From a virus, in IMG/VR virus record IMGVR_UViG_3300032770_000017, positions 16,208 through 80,207 of that record: DNA of 64,000 nucleotides. One strand, given 5' to 3'. Below, piece by piece: positions 20,776 through 33,648 of the stretch (positions within the stretch are counted from its first letter, which is position 1; each line of letters opens with the position of its first letter). The position numbers and the translations under genes are program-made. The notes beneath the pieces are model-generated. The model ran no database searches and had not been told where the DNA came from. It worked only from the letters and a program-made list of their open reading frames with translations.

Positions 20776-21435
20776 GTGCCCTCAAGTGCCAACTGGGTAA
20801 CGCACGCCTTCGACCAGGCCTTTTCCGGGAATATCAACTGGGCGTCCGACACGATCAAGATGGCCCTGTTCACCGCGAGCCCGGGCACCATTTCCTCGGT
20901 TACGCACTATTCGGACCTGGCCAACGAGGTGCCGAACGGCTCGGGCTACACCACGGGTGGTGCCACCCTCGGCACCAAGACCCACACGGTGACGGCGGCC
21001 AACTCGTTCGGCGTCTCCAACGGCAACTTCACCTCGGGCATCTGGATCGCTTCCACCGTGGCGGCCGTGGGCAACATCGTGCGCCCGATCACCACCAACG
21101 GGTACCTGTTCCTCTGCGTCGCCGTGACCTCCGACGACCAGACGGGCGGCTCGGAGCCGACGTGGCCGAGCGTGCAGGGCCAGACGGTGGTCGACAACCA
21201 CGTCACATGGTCCTGCCTCGGCGAGTCCATCACGATCTGGTCGAGCGCCTCGCCGACATGGTCCACAGCCACGTTCACGGCGACGAACTACGCGATCTAT
21301 GACGCGCAGAGCGGCACGGGGTCGACTGAGCCCGTGCTGGTCCTCGGCGCGCTGTCGCCCTCGCTCACCCCGGTCTCAGGGACCGCGACGGTGACTGCGC
21401 CGGCTTTGGGTTGGGCGTGGACGACGCCGAGCTGA
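20776..21435 (+). CDS. Virion structural protein with inserted small carbohydrate-binding-like module
   Basis: INWASDTIKMALF and GYTTGG family motifs; insert WIAST...GSEPTWP...DNHVTW. Confidence 0.6.
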   Translation: MPSSANWVTHAFDQAFSGNINWASDTIKMALFTASPGTISSVTHYSDLANEVPNGSGYTTGGATLGTKTHTVTAANSFGVSNGNFTSGIWIASTVAAVGNIVRPITTNGYLFLCVAVTSDDQTGGSEPTWPSVQGQTVVDNHVTWSCLGESITIWSSASPTWSTATFTATNYAIYDAQSGTGSTEPVLVLGALSPSLTPVSGTATVTAPALGWAWTTPS

Positions 21436-21440
21436 GATGA

Positions 21441-23882
<2,442 letters not shown>

Positions 23883-23883
<1 letters not shown>

Positions 23884-24233
23884 TGCCCGCCACCTATGCC
23901 ATCGGCCAAGTGCTGCCTAATGGGGCCCGCGTCACGACCGACGAGGTCACGACTGCGCCCGACGGTTCCACGGTCGAGCACATCGTCGCCCACTACCCGA
24001 ACGGCGCATGGGACGAGGAGACGATCTTCACGCCCGGCCCGGGGACGCCCGAGGCGAACCGGCAGATGACTCATCAGCGCGTCCGTGACGGGCTCATTGA
24101 CCATGCCACCTATCTCGCCGATCCGGCGACGACGTTCGAGGCCCTCGTTGCGCAGGTGGAGGCGTTGACCCGCCAGGTCAACCGACTGGCCCGCATCGTC
24201 CTGAACGAGCACGACACCACCGCAGGTACCTGA
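23883..24233 (+). CDS. Hypothetical protein, possible fibre-associated chaperone
   Basis: Coupled to fibre gene; C-terminal QVEALTRQVNRLAR coil. Confidence 0.55.
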
Positions 24234-24234
24234 G

Positions 24235-25743
24235 ATGGATCCGCGCGGCGTTGTCGGCCACGTCCTCCCGCAGCGCCAGGGTCCCGACCGGTTCGCGCTC
24301 AAGTATGCGCACGAATACCTGAGCACGCCACTGCCGACGCCGACCTATCCAATCGACATCACCAGCGGCCTAACCGCGTGGGGTGGGTTCGGCAACAGCG
24401 GAGAGATGCCACCGCAGTACCCCAACCCTGTCGGGGATTGCGTTGATGCGGCGAAGTACCACCTCTATATGTCAACGGCACTTGGCGCCGGGCAACCGCT
24501 GCCGGCCCTCACGACGCTGCAATGCATCACCGACTACTTCGCTCAGACAGGCGGCAAGGACACGGGCGTGCGGATCTCCGACTCGCTCCTGTGGTCCTAC
24601 AACCGCGGCGACATCCTCGCCTTTGCCCCCGTTGATTACACGAACCTCGCCGTGCGTGACGGGCTGTGCCAAGCGGGCTGGGGGATCATCCTCGGCATGT
24701 GGCTGCCCACGGCCAACAACGGCCAAGGCGGCGGCCATTGCGTGGTGCTCGCCAAGGTCGTCGCGCAAGGGGGCGACGAGTTCTTCATCACCTGGGGCGA
24801 CGTGGAGTCCTTCAAGGACGAGACGTACCTGTACACCATCGACGAGGCGTGGCTCGTCGTGACCCACGAGGAGCAGCTCGCCGCTTTTGAACCGGCGTTG
24901 TTGGCCGATATCACCGCCTTGGGAGGCACTGGCGGGCCGCCTCCACCGCCCCCGGTCTATCCGACCCCTATCGCAGGAGAGACCGTGCTCATTCAGACTG
25001 TCGGGACCCCTTTCGGTGGCACCCCGACCGCGGTTCAACAGGCGATCAATGTGCAGAACACCGGGGCCACCCTGCTCGCCTTCGTCTGCGGCAGCACCGC
25101 CACTTCGCCGATGGCATCGTCGGTCTCTGGAGCTGGGGCAACTTGGACGCGCCGGGGCTCGCGTTTTGACCACCCGGGCACCGTTGAGGTGTGGGAGGGG
25201 ACAGGCGCGGCGGCTGGGGTGCAGACGGTTACGGCTTCGCTCGTCGGTCCGATCGCCAACTGCGCGTTCATCGTGCAGGAATGGACCGGGACCGGGTCGA
25301 CCGCGCCGGACTCTGTTACCTACGGCTCTTCCTCCGCTCCTCCATCGGTGATCGTCAGCCCGCAGGCTGGGGATGGAGTGTCGGCGTTCATCTTCTGCGG
25401 CAATGGCATCATCAATGTTGCCGCACCCTTCACGGGCGAGATCACGCTCCCGATGGTGAACGTCTCATCCTGCGTTGCACCGGTTACTGGCGCACTAGCC
25501 GCGGCATGGGTGACAGGGGGAGGGGCGTGGAACGGGCTCGCGATCGCCCTGCCAGCCGGATCGGCTCCTCCTCCTCCTCCTCCATCACCACTGCCACCGC
25601 CTTCGCCGACCTCGTTCCTGGACCACATCAAGAGCGAACTGCAAGCGCTTGACGCCACATTGCAGGCGATCATCGCTGAGATCACCGCGCAGGACGCCGC
25701 CACGTTCGGTGGATCGTCCTACGGCGGCGGCGCGACGGGATGA
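24235..25743 (+). CDS. Putative papain-like (Cys-His) peptidase domain plus beta-rich domain; paralog of 42277-43392
   Basis: GDCVDA, GGGHCVVL, ITWG; Pro-rich linkers. Confidence 0.55.
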   Translation: MDPRGVVGHVLPQRQGPDRFALKYAHEYLSTPLPTPTYPIDITSGLTAWGGFGNSGEMPPQYPNPVGDCVDAAKYHLYMSTALGAGQPLPALTTLQCITDYFAQTGGKDTGVRISDSLLWSYNRGDILAFAPVDYTNLAVRDGLCQAGWGIILGMWLPTANNGQGGGHCVVLAKVVAQGGDEFFITWGDVESFKDETYLYTIDEAWLVVTHEEQLAAFEPALLADITALGGTGGPPPPPPVYPTPIAGETVLIQTVGTPFGGTPTAVQQAINVQNTGATLLAFVCGSTATSPMASSVSGAGATWTRRGSRFDHPGTVEVWEGTGAAAGVQTVTASLVGPIANCAFIVQEWTGTGSTAPDSVTYGSSSAPPSVIVSPQAGDGVSAFIFCGNGIINVAAPFTGEITLPMVNVSSCVAPVTGALAAAWVTGGGAWNGLAIALPAGSAPPPPPPSPLPPPSPTSFLDHIKSELQALDATLQAIIAEITAQDAATFGGSSYGGGATG

Positions 25744-25744
25744 G

Positions 25745-26266
25745 ATGCGCGTCCTCGTTCCCTTCACTGCGCGCCATATAGAGACGATCGCGGGCGCGCC
25801 CGCCAACGCTGAGTGGGTGGATGTCTCCCGATCCTCCACCGCGTACTGGGAGACGTTGTGCGAGTTCTGGAATAGTGGCGATGACCTGCTGATCATTGAG
25901 CACGATGTGGTCTGTCGTCCTGATGTAATTGAGCAACTGGAGATGTGCCCTGAGCCGTGGTGCGCGTTCGGCTACAGCGATATGTGCCATCCCGAATGCA
26001 TGGAGGCATGGGCCAACGCGTTTGGCTGCACCCGGTTCCGTAAGGAATTGATGGCCGCCGCGCCCGACGCGGTGTCCTCTATCCCCGAGGGCTACGGCCG
26101 GGACTGGCACAACCTGTGCGACTACGTCTCGGGCATGCCTTGGCTGAACCCGGAGATGCGGCCCCAATGCCTGCGGGCGCGCGGCTTCTGGCACCACTGG
26201 CATTACCCGGCGGTCAGGCACCACAAGATGAGCCTTGAAAGCTACAAAGCCCTGATCGGCGGCTAG
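25745..26266 (+). CDS. Small glycosyltransferase-like protein
   Basis: DDLLIIEHDVV (DxD-like) and FGCTRF. Confidence 0.5.
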   Translation: MRVLVPFTARHIETIAGAPANAEWVDVSRSSTAYWETLCEFWNSGDDLLIIEHDVVCRPDVIEQLEMCPEPWCAFGYSDMCHPECMEAWANAFGCTRFRKELMAAAPDAVSSIPEGYGRDWHNLCDYVSGMPWLNPEMRPQCLRARGFWHHWHYPAVRHHKMSLESYKALIGG

Positions 26267-26270
26267 TGCA

Positions 26271-26798
26271 ATGAGCTTCGGCGGTGCGACCTATGGCGGC
26301 CTGGCCTATGCCGGAGGCCCGACCAGTGTCAACACGACGATCAAAGCCGCTGCTGCGGGCGCCATCGCCGCCGCTGTCTCCCCCGCCGTCCATGCCGATG
26401 CCACTGTTCTCGCCGCTTCGGCCGGTTGTCTTGCCGCCGCCCTTCCCGGTACCGCTTCGGTCACCGTCACCAGAGAGGCCGTCCCGGCCCAGGCCCTGGC
26501 TGCCGCTCTTCCCGGGCTCGGGCAGAACGAAAGTCTCTCCGAGGCCGTCCCCGCCGCCGCCCTGGCCGCGGCGTCCGGTGCCCTGCCCGAAGTCCTCCAA
26601 TGCGTCCTCCCGCCCACCCTCGTGCGCCTCGACGCACCCGATCCGACAGGGTTCTCGCCAGATGACATCGCGCCGGCCTTCACGATGCTGGACGCACCGG
26701 GCAAGGCATGTTTCGTTCCCGATCTGGTCGTGCCGACCGGGGTCCTGCTTGACGCCCCCGACCGGTCCTTTGTGGGGGCCAGTTGCGGCAAGGTCTAG
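26271..26798 (+). CDS. Ala-rich structural hypothetical protein
   Basis: ORF in structural operon with internal LDAP repeats. Confidence 0.5.
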   Translation: MSFGGATYGGLAYAGGPTSVNTTIKAAAAGAIAAAVSPAVHADATVLAASAGCLAAALPGTASVTVTREAVPAQALAAALPGLGQNESLSEAVPAAALAAASGALPEVLQCVLPPTLVRLDAPDPTGFSPDDIAPAFTMLDAPGKACFVPDLVVPTGVLLDAPDRSFVGASCGKV

Positions 26799-26808
26799 GC
26801 TGAACGCG

Positions 26809-27156
26809 GTGACCATCGTCGAGACGCCGTTCGCCTGGCCGATGGGCCAGGGCGATACGTTGCCGGCCTTGACGGGCACCCTGATCGGCTCCAACGGCGT
26901 CGCCGTGGACCTGACCTATGCCATCTCGGTCGTCTTCAACATGGCCTCCCGGGACGGCCGCAAGGTGGTCACCGACGGCACCGTCACCGTGCTCGACGCC
27001 ATGGCGGGCCGGGTGGAGTACGCCTGGCAGGCGGGTGACACCGACATCGCGGGCGACTTCACCTACTCGTTCACGGCGACCTTCCCGAGCGGCACGCTGA
27101 CGTTCACCAACGCCGCGCCGAAGGGCATCGTGCGGATTTCGCCGAGGGTGCCATGA
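26809..27156 (+). CDS. BppU N-terminal-like (baseplate upper) protein
   Basis: GDTLPALTGTL...VDLT...GRVEYAWQAGDTDIAG. Confidence 0.7.
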   Translation: MTIVETPFAWPMGQGDTLPALTGTLIGSNGVAVDLTYAISVVFNMASRDGRKVVTDGTVTVLDAMAGRVEYAWQAGDTDIAGDFTYSFTATFPSGTLTFTNAAPKGIVRISPRVP

Positions 27157-28001
27157 GCAACATGCAGGCAGAGGGCGTCATCCCCGCGAGCACTCACACT
27201 TTGCACCCCTATTGCTCGGAGAGCGACCTTCCTGCCGAGCGCATCAAGCGCATTACCGATGTCCCGCTCGGATGGCTGATCGCGGCGGCGACTGATTTGC
27301 TCTATGTGCTGACGCAGAGGAAATACCGCTCGGGCCGGTCCGTCGTGCGCCCCACGGCCCGCTTCCCTGCCAATCAGGGCTGGTGGTACAACTATCCGTG
27401 GTCGTCGATGAGCGGCTACGGCTCGGGCTGGGGCTATGCGGCGGGCTGGGCCTGGTCATCGGTGGGGCTCGGGTTCTGGCAGGGCCAGTCCAGTGACCTG
27501 TCCACCGTCGTACTGCAGGCGCCTGTTTTGGCTATTCACGAGGTGCTGCTGAACGGCCAGCCGCTGGCGCCGACCGATTACACGCTCTACAACCGCCGCG
27601 ACCTCGTTCTCACCATTGCCACCGAAAGCGGCGAAGGAACGGGCAATGCCTGGCCTTGGGAGCAGGTGCTGGCCATCCCGGCCACGCAGCCTGGCACGGC
27701 GCAGATCGATTACTCGTGGGGCATTGACCCGCCAGAGATCGGGCGTATGGCCTGCGCGGAACTGGCGATCCAATTGGGCCTCGCTTTCACGGGCGCGAAC
27801 GACTGCCGACTCCCGACGCGCGTGCTCACCGTTGCCACCGAGGGCGTCTCGGTCGCGGTCGGAGATGCCTTGACGTACATCCGCGAGAAGCTGACGGGCC
27901 TCCCGATTTGTGACATGTGGATCCAGGCTGAGAACCCGCAAAAGGCCCAACGTCGCTCGATGTTTGCTGGCCCCAACACGTACCTGAACCACACGGTATG
28001 A
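27153..28001 (+). CDS. Head-to-tail adaptor
   Basis: AATDLLYVLT, ACAELA, CRLPTRV, TGLPICDMWI typical of actinophage adaptors. Confidence 0.75.
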   Translation: MSNMQAEGVIPASTHTLHPYCSESDLPAERIKRITDVPLGWLIAAATDLLYVLTQRKYRSGRSVVRPTARFPANQGWWYNYPWSSMSGYGSGWGYAAGWAWSSVGLGFWQGQSSDLSTVVLQAPVLAIHEVLLNGQPLAPTDYTLYNRRDLVLTIATESGEGTGNAWPWEQVLAIPATQPGTAQIDYSWGIDPPEIGRMACAELAIQLGLAFTGANDCRLPTRVLTVATEGVSVAVGDALTYIREKLTGLPICDMWIQAENPQKAQRRSMFAGPNTYLNHTV

Positions 28002-28603
28002 CCGTCGTCACACTGACGCCCTACGGGCCGTCGTGGCTCCAGCAGGCAGACCCCGACCAGTTCAACCTCACGGCCGAGGCGATCATGAACACCGCCGTCG
28101 CCGCCTTCCAGGCCTACGGCGCGTCCGACCCCGAGACAGGCGAGCGCATCGTCTACGCCCGCCAGATCATCGGCCATGGCAAGGTGCCGATCATCCCTGC
28201 CACCGACAACGGCGCCGGCTATCAGATCGTGCTCGGGCTCGATGACGTATCCCTCGGTGAGGCAGGCGCGGTGCAGTTCCGCTTTCCCCAGGGCTCGCCG
28301 GGCAAGTTCGGCTACGAGTTCGTCACCTACACCCTGGAGATCGCCCACCCATGGCCGATGGCGGCCGGGCAGGAACGCCTGCTCACCGACCCCGACATCA
28401 TCGACAAGTGGCGCCGTCCCCTTTGGTTTAACGGGAGATTGCTTTGGATGGCCCTCAAGGCCCTGGCCCTCGGCGGCGTCTCGCCTCCTGCCGCGCCCTT
28501 ACCCATCTCCAGCGACCAGTTGCATATCGGGCCGCTCAGCCCCGTCGGCCCCCGCGGTGGTACGGCAGGGTGGTCACTGCAAATCGCCGTGCAGCTCCAA
28601 TGA
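27998..28603 (+). CDS. Tail terminator-like protein
   Basis: Position; C-terminal PVGPRGGTAGW. Confidence 0.55.
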   Translation: MTVVTLTPYGPSWLQQADPDQFNLTAEAIMNTAVAAFQAYGASDPETGERIVYARQIIGHGKVPIIPATDNGAGYQIVLGLDDVSLGEAGAVQFRFPQGSPGKFGYEFVTYTLEIAHPWPMAAGQERLLTDPDIIDKWRRPLWFNGRLLWMALKALALGGVSPPAAPLPISSDQLHIGPLSPVGPRGGTAGWSLQIAVQLQ

Positions 28604-28797
28604 GCGCGCCGCCTCAGGGCTTCGTGCGGGTGTTGCCCCGGGTCGGCCTGCCGGGGATGGTGGCGCTTCGGTGGGCCGACGTGCGTACCACCCACCCGCA
28701 GCTCCAGGACTGGATCGACTCGGGCCTCGTCACCACCACGGGCCTGCGGGGCGAGCCGCCGCCCGACGAGCTGCCCCGGCGCTGCTGCGGGCGATAG
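28600..28797 (+). CDS. Small hypothetical protein
   Basis: ATGA-coupled ORF. Confidence 0.45.
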   Translation: MSAPPQGFVRVLPRVGLPGMVALRWADVRTTHPQLQDWIDSGLVTTTGLRGEPPPDELPRRCCGR

Positions 28798-29232
28798 ATG
28801 GCGAACGTCAACGTCCGGTTCGTCGGTGTCCCGGCGCCGGTCCTGCGGGAGATCGTCAGCCTAGAACCCGGCTGGCGCACCATCGGCATGCGCATGTACG
28901 AGCGTGCGGTGGAGACGTGCCCGGAGTCCAAAGACCTCGAAGGCGACTATCAGGGCCCGCACCTGAAGGACACGCTGGTGGTCCACTTCGTCACTGGCAC
29001 CGATCCCCGAATCCTCATCGGCTCGGAGAAGAAGGGCCAGGTGCTCTCGTGGGTCACGGACGGCACGACGCCGCATGAGATCGTGCCCGTCAACGCCAGG
29101 GCTCTGCGCTGGACGGTCCCGGGTGGCACGGTGGTGTTCGCCCAGCATGTGAACCACCCCGGGACCAAGCCCAATCCGTTCCTGCTCGACGCCGTGCGGG
29201 CAATTGCCCAGGAGACGACAATCGCGGTCTAG
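28798..29232 (+). CDS. HK97 gp10-like tail completion protein
   Basis: GTTPHEI...ALRW...VNHPGTKPNPFL. Confidence 0.75.
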   Translation: MANVNVRFVGVPAPVLREIVSLEPGWRTIGMRMYERAVETCPESKDLEGDYQGPHLKDTLVVHFVTGTDPRILIGSEKKGQVLSWVTDGTTPHEIVPVNARALRWTVPGGTVVFAQHVNHPGTKPNPFLLDAVRAIAQETTIAV

Positions 29233-29750
29233 GCCGCCGGCTTGCCCCTCGTCGTATGCGGTAGCAGCCCAAGATCATGGCGGGCAACCATCACCCATCG
29301 GGCAGCTGTGCTCTTGGATGTCATCCACGTCTCGCGGATCACCGCCAAGGGGTCGGCGCCGATGGCCACGGCTTCCCTGTAGACCGTCGCTACGGCCCCG
29401 TAATGGCCGCGTGGGAACCGATGAGGCCAGGTGGCCCTCAGCGCCTCCACGGCGCCTAGAGCGGCCTCTCGTCGGTCGCCTTCGGCTTCGAGCGCCTCGG
29501 CTTCGAGCGCCTCAGCCATCTGGGCTCGTGCCTGGGCGGCAATGCGGTCGAGCGGGAGATCGCGCAGGGCGCTGGCCGGGAGCGGTTCTGGCGGCAGCAG
29601 TAGACCAGTCAGCGAGCCGGCGGCTTCGGTGCGGATTTCGACTCCGATGAGCGCGGCCGCCCTACCTGCCATGGTCAGACCGACATGGAGGGGACCATCC
29701 TCGGGGTCGGGCCAGCGGAGCCAGACGGTCCATTCCGGGTTCAGCCCCAC
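29229..29750 (-). CDS. Putative HTH DNA-binding protein, antisense in tail operon
   Basis: VATVYREA...SKSTAARWVMVARH; TAGGAT 6 nt before GTG. Confidence 0.6.
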   Translation of the reverse strand: MGLNPEWTVWLRWPDPEDGPLHVGLTMAGRAAALIGVEIRTEAAGSLTGLLLPPEPLPASALRDLPLDRIAAQARAQMAEALEAEALEAEGDRREAALGAVEALRATWPHRFPRGHYGAVATVYREAVAIGADPLAVIRETWMTSKSTAARWVMVARHDLGLLPHTTRGKPAA

Positions 29751-29840
29751 GACCAGATCCTAAGGTTCCGAAAGCGTGGCGGCGAAATGACAACGTTTGG
29801 GCACCCACGGAAGGCGGCCGAGGTGCCACGCTCGGGGCCG

Positions 29841-30152
29841 ATGACCGCACGCACCTACTCCTCGGCCTCCTATGCCGCCAACGACCTCCCGGTTGAGATC
29901 ACCATCGACGAGACGACGTGGAAGGCCTATCCCCAGCGCTGCCCCGCCTCGGTGGTGCTCGACTTCAACCTCTCGGAGCTGAGCGACACGACCAACCCCA
30001 CCCGCGATTTCTTCGCCGCGGTGATCGAGGACTACGACGGCTTTGCGGCCTTCCTGCGCGAGCGCAAGGTGCCCGCGGCCATGCTCACCGACATCGCCCG
30101 GGACCTGCTGGAGGAGACGACCGGGCGCCCTACGCAGCCGTCCAGGCCCTGA
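29841..30152 (+). CDS. Tail assembly chaperone (G)
   Basis: Just upstream of tape measure; ends ETTGRPT. Confidence 0.75.
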   Translation: MTARTYSSASYAANDLPVEITIDETTWKAYPQRCPASVVLDFNLSELSDTTNPTRDFFAAVIEDYDGFAAFLRERKVPAAMLTDIARDLLEETTGRPTQPSRP

Positions 30153-30445
30153 CGGGCTGGGCGGTCGAGAACTGGCTCCTGGTCGACGGCCGATGCGCTC
30201 TCGCCGGCTTCGACCCGTTGGCGCTCCCGGCGCGCCGGCTCATCTCAGTGCTGTACTGCATGCTCGTGGACCAGCCGGTATTCACCGAGGAAGCGGAGAA
30301 GCACCGCCAGGACATCATCATTGCCTTGGAATGGCCCGAGGTCGGCGAACAGATGCAGCTCGAAGCCGACGACAAGCAGGCGCGCGCCGCGCTGGCACAA
30401 TTCGGCATTTCCCTGCCAGTCGGTATCGAGTTCGTACCGGAATGA
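30126..30445 (+). CDS. Tail assembly chaperone -1 frameshift extension (GT)
   Basis: -1 frame open without its own start (PYAAVQALTGWAVENWLLVDGR); candidate slip at CGC CCT ACG. Confidence 0.65.
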
Positions 30446-30454
30446 GCGCCTGAG

Positions 30455-33100
30455 ATGCCTTCGATCATTGGCACGGCCTTTTTGGATGTGCGACCCGAGA
30501 CGACCAACTTCGAGTCCGATCTGAAGAAGAAGATCTCCGGCTTCGGCGGCATCGCCCCCGTCATCGGCACCTTGGCCGCCGCCGGTGTCGCAGTGGGCGG
30601 CGCGCTGTTCGACATCGGCTCCAAGTTCGAGGATGCATTCAACAAGATCAAGGTGGCCACCGGTGCGACCGGCTTGCAACTGGCCGGGCTCGGCGTGTCA
30701 TTCAAGGACGTGTTCTCCAAGAGCGCGTCGTCAATGACAGATGTGGCCACCGCTATCTCCGAGGTCTCGGTCCGCACCCATCTGACCGGTACTGCGCTCG
30801 ACGACCTGTCCAAGAAGTTCGTCGACCTGAGCCGCATCACAGGCACCTCGGTGGCGACGAACGTGCAGACGGTCACGGCGCTGTTCAACAACTTCGGGGT
30901 GGCGACAAAGAACCAGTCGGCTGAGCTGGACGTGCTGTTCAAGGCCGCCCAGCAGTCAGGGGTGGGCATCGACAACCTCGTCTCCTCGGTGCAGGCGGCG
31001 ACGCCCACCGCCCAGACCCTCGGGCTCAACATCAACCAGACGACCGCGCTCGTCGCCCAGTTGACCCAGGCGGGATTACCGGCGACCAAGGTGATGATGG
31101 GCCTGGGCATGGAGTTCGCCAAGGCGGCCAAGGCCGGGCAGGACCCGACCTCAGTGATCGCCAAACTGGTCGCCGAGATCAAGGCGGCACCGAACGCTAC
31201 CGACGCGGCGACGTTGGCGGTCAGAAACTTCGGCGTGAGCGCGCGCCAGGCGGCCACGCTGGTCGATGCTGTGCGGGCGGGGACCCTGAACTTCGGCGCC
31301 ACGCTTGCGTCAATTACGAGCGGTGGCGGGGGGATCGAAGCGGCCACGAATGCCACCTTGACCCTCGGTGACAAGTTCAAGATCCTGCGCAATACCGCGC
31401 TCACCGCGTTGGAGCCGATCGCCATGAAGGTGGTCGACTTCGCCAACTTGCTTGCCGACAGGATCCCGGGCGCCATCCGTACGACTGTCGATGTGATCAA
31501 GGGTGCTATCGGCGGCCTTGTCGGCGGCTTCAGCGGCCAGGCACTCGCCGCCTCTGGGTTCGTGCGGGTATTCGGTGAGATCGGCCGCACGGCCCGCGAC
31601 ATCTTCGACTTCATCCGTGCCCACAAGGCCGAGGTGCTCGGCGCGCTCGCCGGTATCGGTGCGATTGTCCTCAGCGCAGTGATCCCGGCCTTTGTCGGTT
31701 GGGCTGCCGCCGCGGGTGCCGCTGCTGCCGCGACCATTGCCGCCGCTGCGCCCTTCATCGCCGCGAGTGCCGCTGCCGCCGCTGTGGGCTACGGCCTCGT
31801 CTACGCCTACACACACTTCGTGATCTTCCGCGACATCGTGAAGGACGTTGCCAAGGTCATCGTGGACGTGGCGGTGTTCGCGTTCCGTCAGGTGCGGTTG
31901 GAGATCGAGACGGTCGTCGCCGTGTTCACCGACCTGATCAAGTTCTTCTCTGATGTCTTCCAAGGCAAGTGGTCGGCAGCGTTCAAGGCGCTAGAGGACA
32001 TTCCCAAGCGACTCTTCGAGTACGTGCGGGATACGGTGGGCAACATCGTCAAGCTGTTCGAGAGCCTTCCCGCTCAGGTGCTTGGCGGGATCGAATCTCT
32101 CGGCGGCGCGATCGGCCGGTTCTTTGAGGGGTTACCTGCGGATGCGGTGACTGGGCTCAAGACGCTCGGCAGCGCCCTGTTGACCGCGTTCAAGAACGGC
32201 ATCGTGGCACTCGTCACCGGGCTACCGGGCCTGCTCATTGACGTAGCCGTGTTCTTCGAGGTGAAGCTACCGCTGCTCATCCTCGAATGGACCGCCAATG
32301 CTGCTGTGTGGCTTGCCGGTGTCGGGGTGAAGTTGATCGTCGGGTTCGTCTCCGATCTCATCTCGGCGCTGCCCACCGTGGCCAAGTTCTTCCTGGACCT
32401 GCCGGGCGAGATCCTCACCTTCATCGGCAATGCCGCGCTGTGGCTCGTGCACGTCGGCATGGACATCCTCACCGGTCTGTGCAACGGGCTTATCGCCACC
32501 GTGCCCGCGCTGTTCCGGTTCTTCACCGGCCTACCGAGCAAGATCCTCGACCTGCTCAAGGACGCGGGGACATGGCTCGTCAAGGTGGGCCAGGCCATCA
32601 TCGACGGGCTGATCAAGGGCATCGGCAACGAGGCCGGGAAACTGGAGTCGAAAGTCAAAGATTCGATCCTCGGGCCGATCAAGAAGATCCCGATCGTCGG
32701 TGGCCTGATCGGTTCACCGTCGCCCTACTTCACGACCGTCGGCGAGGCCATCGTGCAGGGCCTGGCGCTCGGCATCGCCAACAAGGCGAACCTGCCGCAA
32801 CAGGCGTTGGCCGGCGTGAAGATCGGCGGTCCCACTGTCGCGCCGGTCGGCCTCGGGACGCCATCGGCGATCGCAGCGGCAGGCCCGACGGCCGCGACCA
32901 CCGCGACGACAACGGCGCTGGCGACGCAGACCAAGGCCACGATGACAACCAATGACATTCTCAAGGAGATCCTCGCTTTCATCCGAGAGCAGGCGTTGAC
33001 CGCCAACGCTGCCGTGACCCAGAACACGCAGGCACTGAAGGCTTCGACGACGGAGTCGATCCTGGCCCTGCGCGCCGAGCAGGTCCAGAGAGGCCGCTGA
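30455..33100 (+). CDS. Tape measure protein
   Basis: 881 aa Ala/Gly-rich helical protein with aromatic periodicity; IGSPSPYF motif. Confidence 0.92.
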   Translation: MPSIIGTAFLDVRPETTNFESDLKKKISGFGGIAPVIGTLAAAGVAVGGALFDIGSKFEDAFNKIKVATGATGLQLAGLGVSFKDVFSKSASSMTDVATAISEVSVRTHLTGTALDDLSKKFVDLSRITGTSVATNVQTVTALFNNFGVATKNQSAELDVLFKAAQQSGVGIDNLVSSVQAATPTAQTLGLNINQTTALVAQLTQAGLPATKVMMGLGMEFAKAAKAGQDPTSVIAKLVAEIKAAPNATDAATLAVRNFGVSARQAATLVDAVRAGTLNFGATLASITSGGGGIEAATNATLTLGDKFKILRNTALTALEPIAMKVVDFANLLADRIPGAIRTTVDVIKGAIGGLVGGFSGQALAASGFVRVFGEIGRTARDIFDFIRAHKAEVLGALAGIGAIVLSAVIPAFVGWAAAAGAAAAATIAAAAPFIAASAAAAAVGYGLVYAYTHFVIFRDIVKDVAKVIVDVAVFAFRQVRLEIETVVAVFTDLIKFFSDVFQGKWSAAFKALEDIPKRLFEYVRDTVGNIVKLFESLPAQVLGGIESLGGAIGRFFEGLPADAVTGLKTLGSALLTAFKNGIVALVTGLPGLLIDVAVFFEVKLPLLILEWTANAAVWLAGVGVKLIVGFVSDLISALPTVAKFFLDLPGEILTFIGNAALWLVHVGMDILTGLCNGLIATVPALFRFFTGLPSKILDLLKDAGTWLVKVGQAIIDGLIKGIGNEAGKLESKVKDSILGPIKKIPIVGGLIGSPSPYFTTVGEAIVQGLALGIANKANLPQQALAGVKIGGPTVAPVGLGTPSAIAAAGPTAATTATTTALATQTKATMTTNDILKEILAFIREQALTANAAVTQNTQALKASTTESILALRAEQVQRGR

Positions 33101-33101
33101 C

Positions 33102-33626
33102 ATGGCTGGCCCCACCGGTGCGACCGGCACGACCGGATCGGTCACGCCTTCGAGCGGCCGCCTGTGCCCGGACCTGTCGATGGGCACGCTCACCATCTCG
33201 GGCGTGGAACTGGTCAACACCTATGCCTGGTCGATCACCGACCTGCGGCCCCTGTGGGACTCGGCCGATGTACGTGGCACCGACCGCATCCTGCCCGGCG
33301 TCATTGGCGTGATCCCCTATCAGCGCCGCTGGACGGTGACGAAGATTAACCTGCCCATGGTCATCTCGGGCTACGTCGACCAAGCCGGGTCGATCTATGA
33401 CAACCCCTTCGTCGGGCTGCAGGTCAACCAGGCGTACCTGCTCGACAACGTCGTCGCCCCCGTCGGTTCCAACCCTGGCACGCGCCCGGCCGTGCTCACC
33501 ATGCCTGACACCACCACGCGCTCGGGCGACGTGACGGTGGAGACGCTCAAGTTCGGGCCGATGGCCGGCGCCATCTCCTGGCCCTGCGTGCTCGTGATCA
33601 GCATCCCTGGAGGGATGCTGACGTGA
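33102..33626 (+). CDS. Distal tail (Dit)-like protein with N-terminal GPTGATG tag
   Basis: Directly after tape measure; VRGTDRILPG motif. Confidence 0.65.
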   Translation: MAGPTGATGTTGSVTPSSGRLCPDLSMGTLTISGVELVNTYAWSITDLRPLWDSADVRGTDRILPGVIGVIPYQRRWTVTKINLPMVISGYVDQAGSIYDNPFVGLQVNQAYLLDNVVAPVGSNPGTRPAVLTMPDTTTRSGDVTVETLKFGPMAGAISWPCVLVISIPGGMLT

Positions 33627-33648
33627 GGCGCGGAAGGGGTGACCCGCG

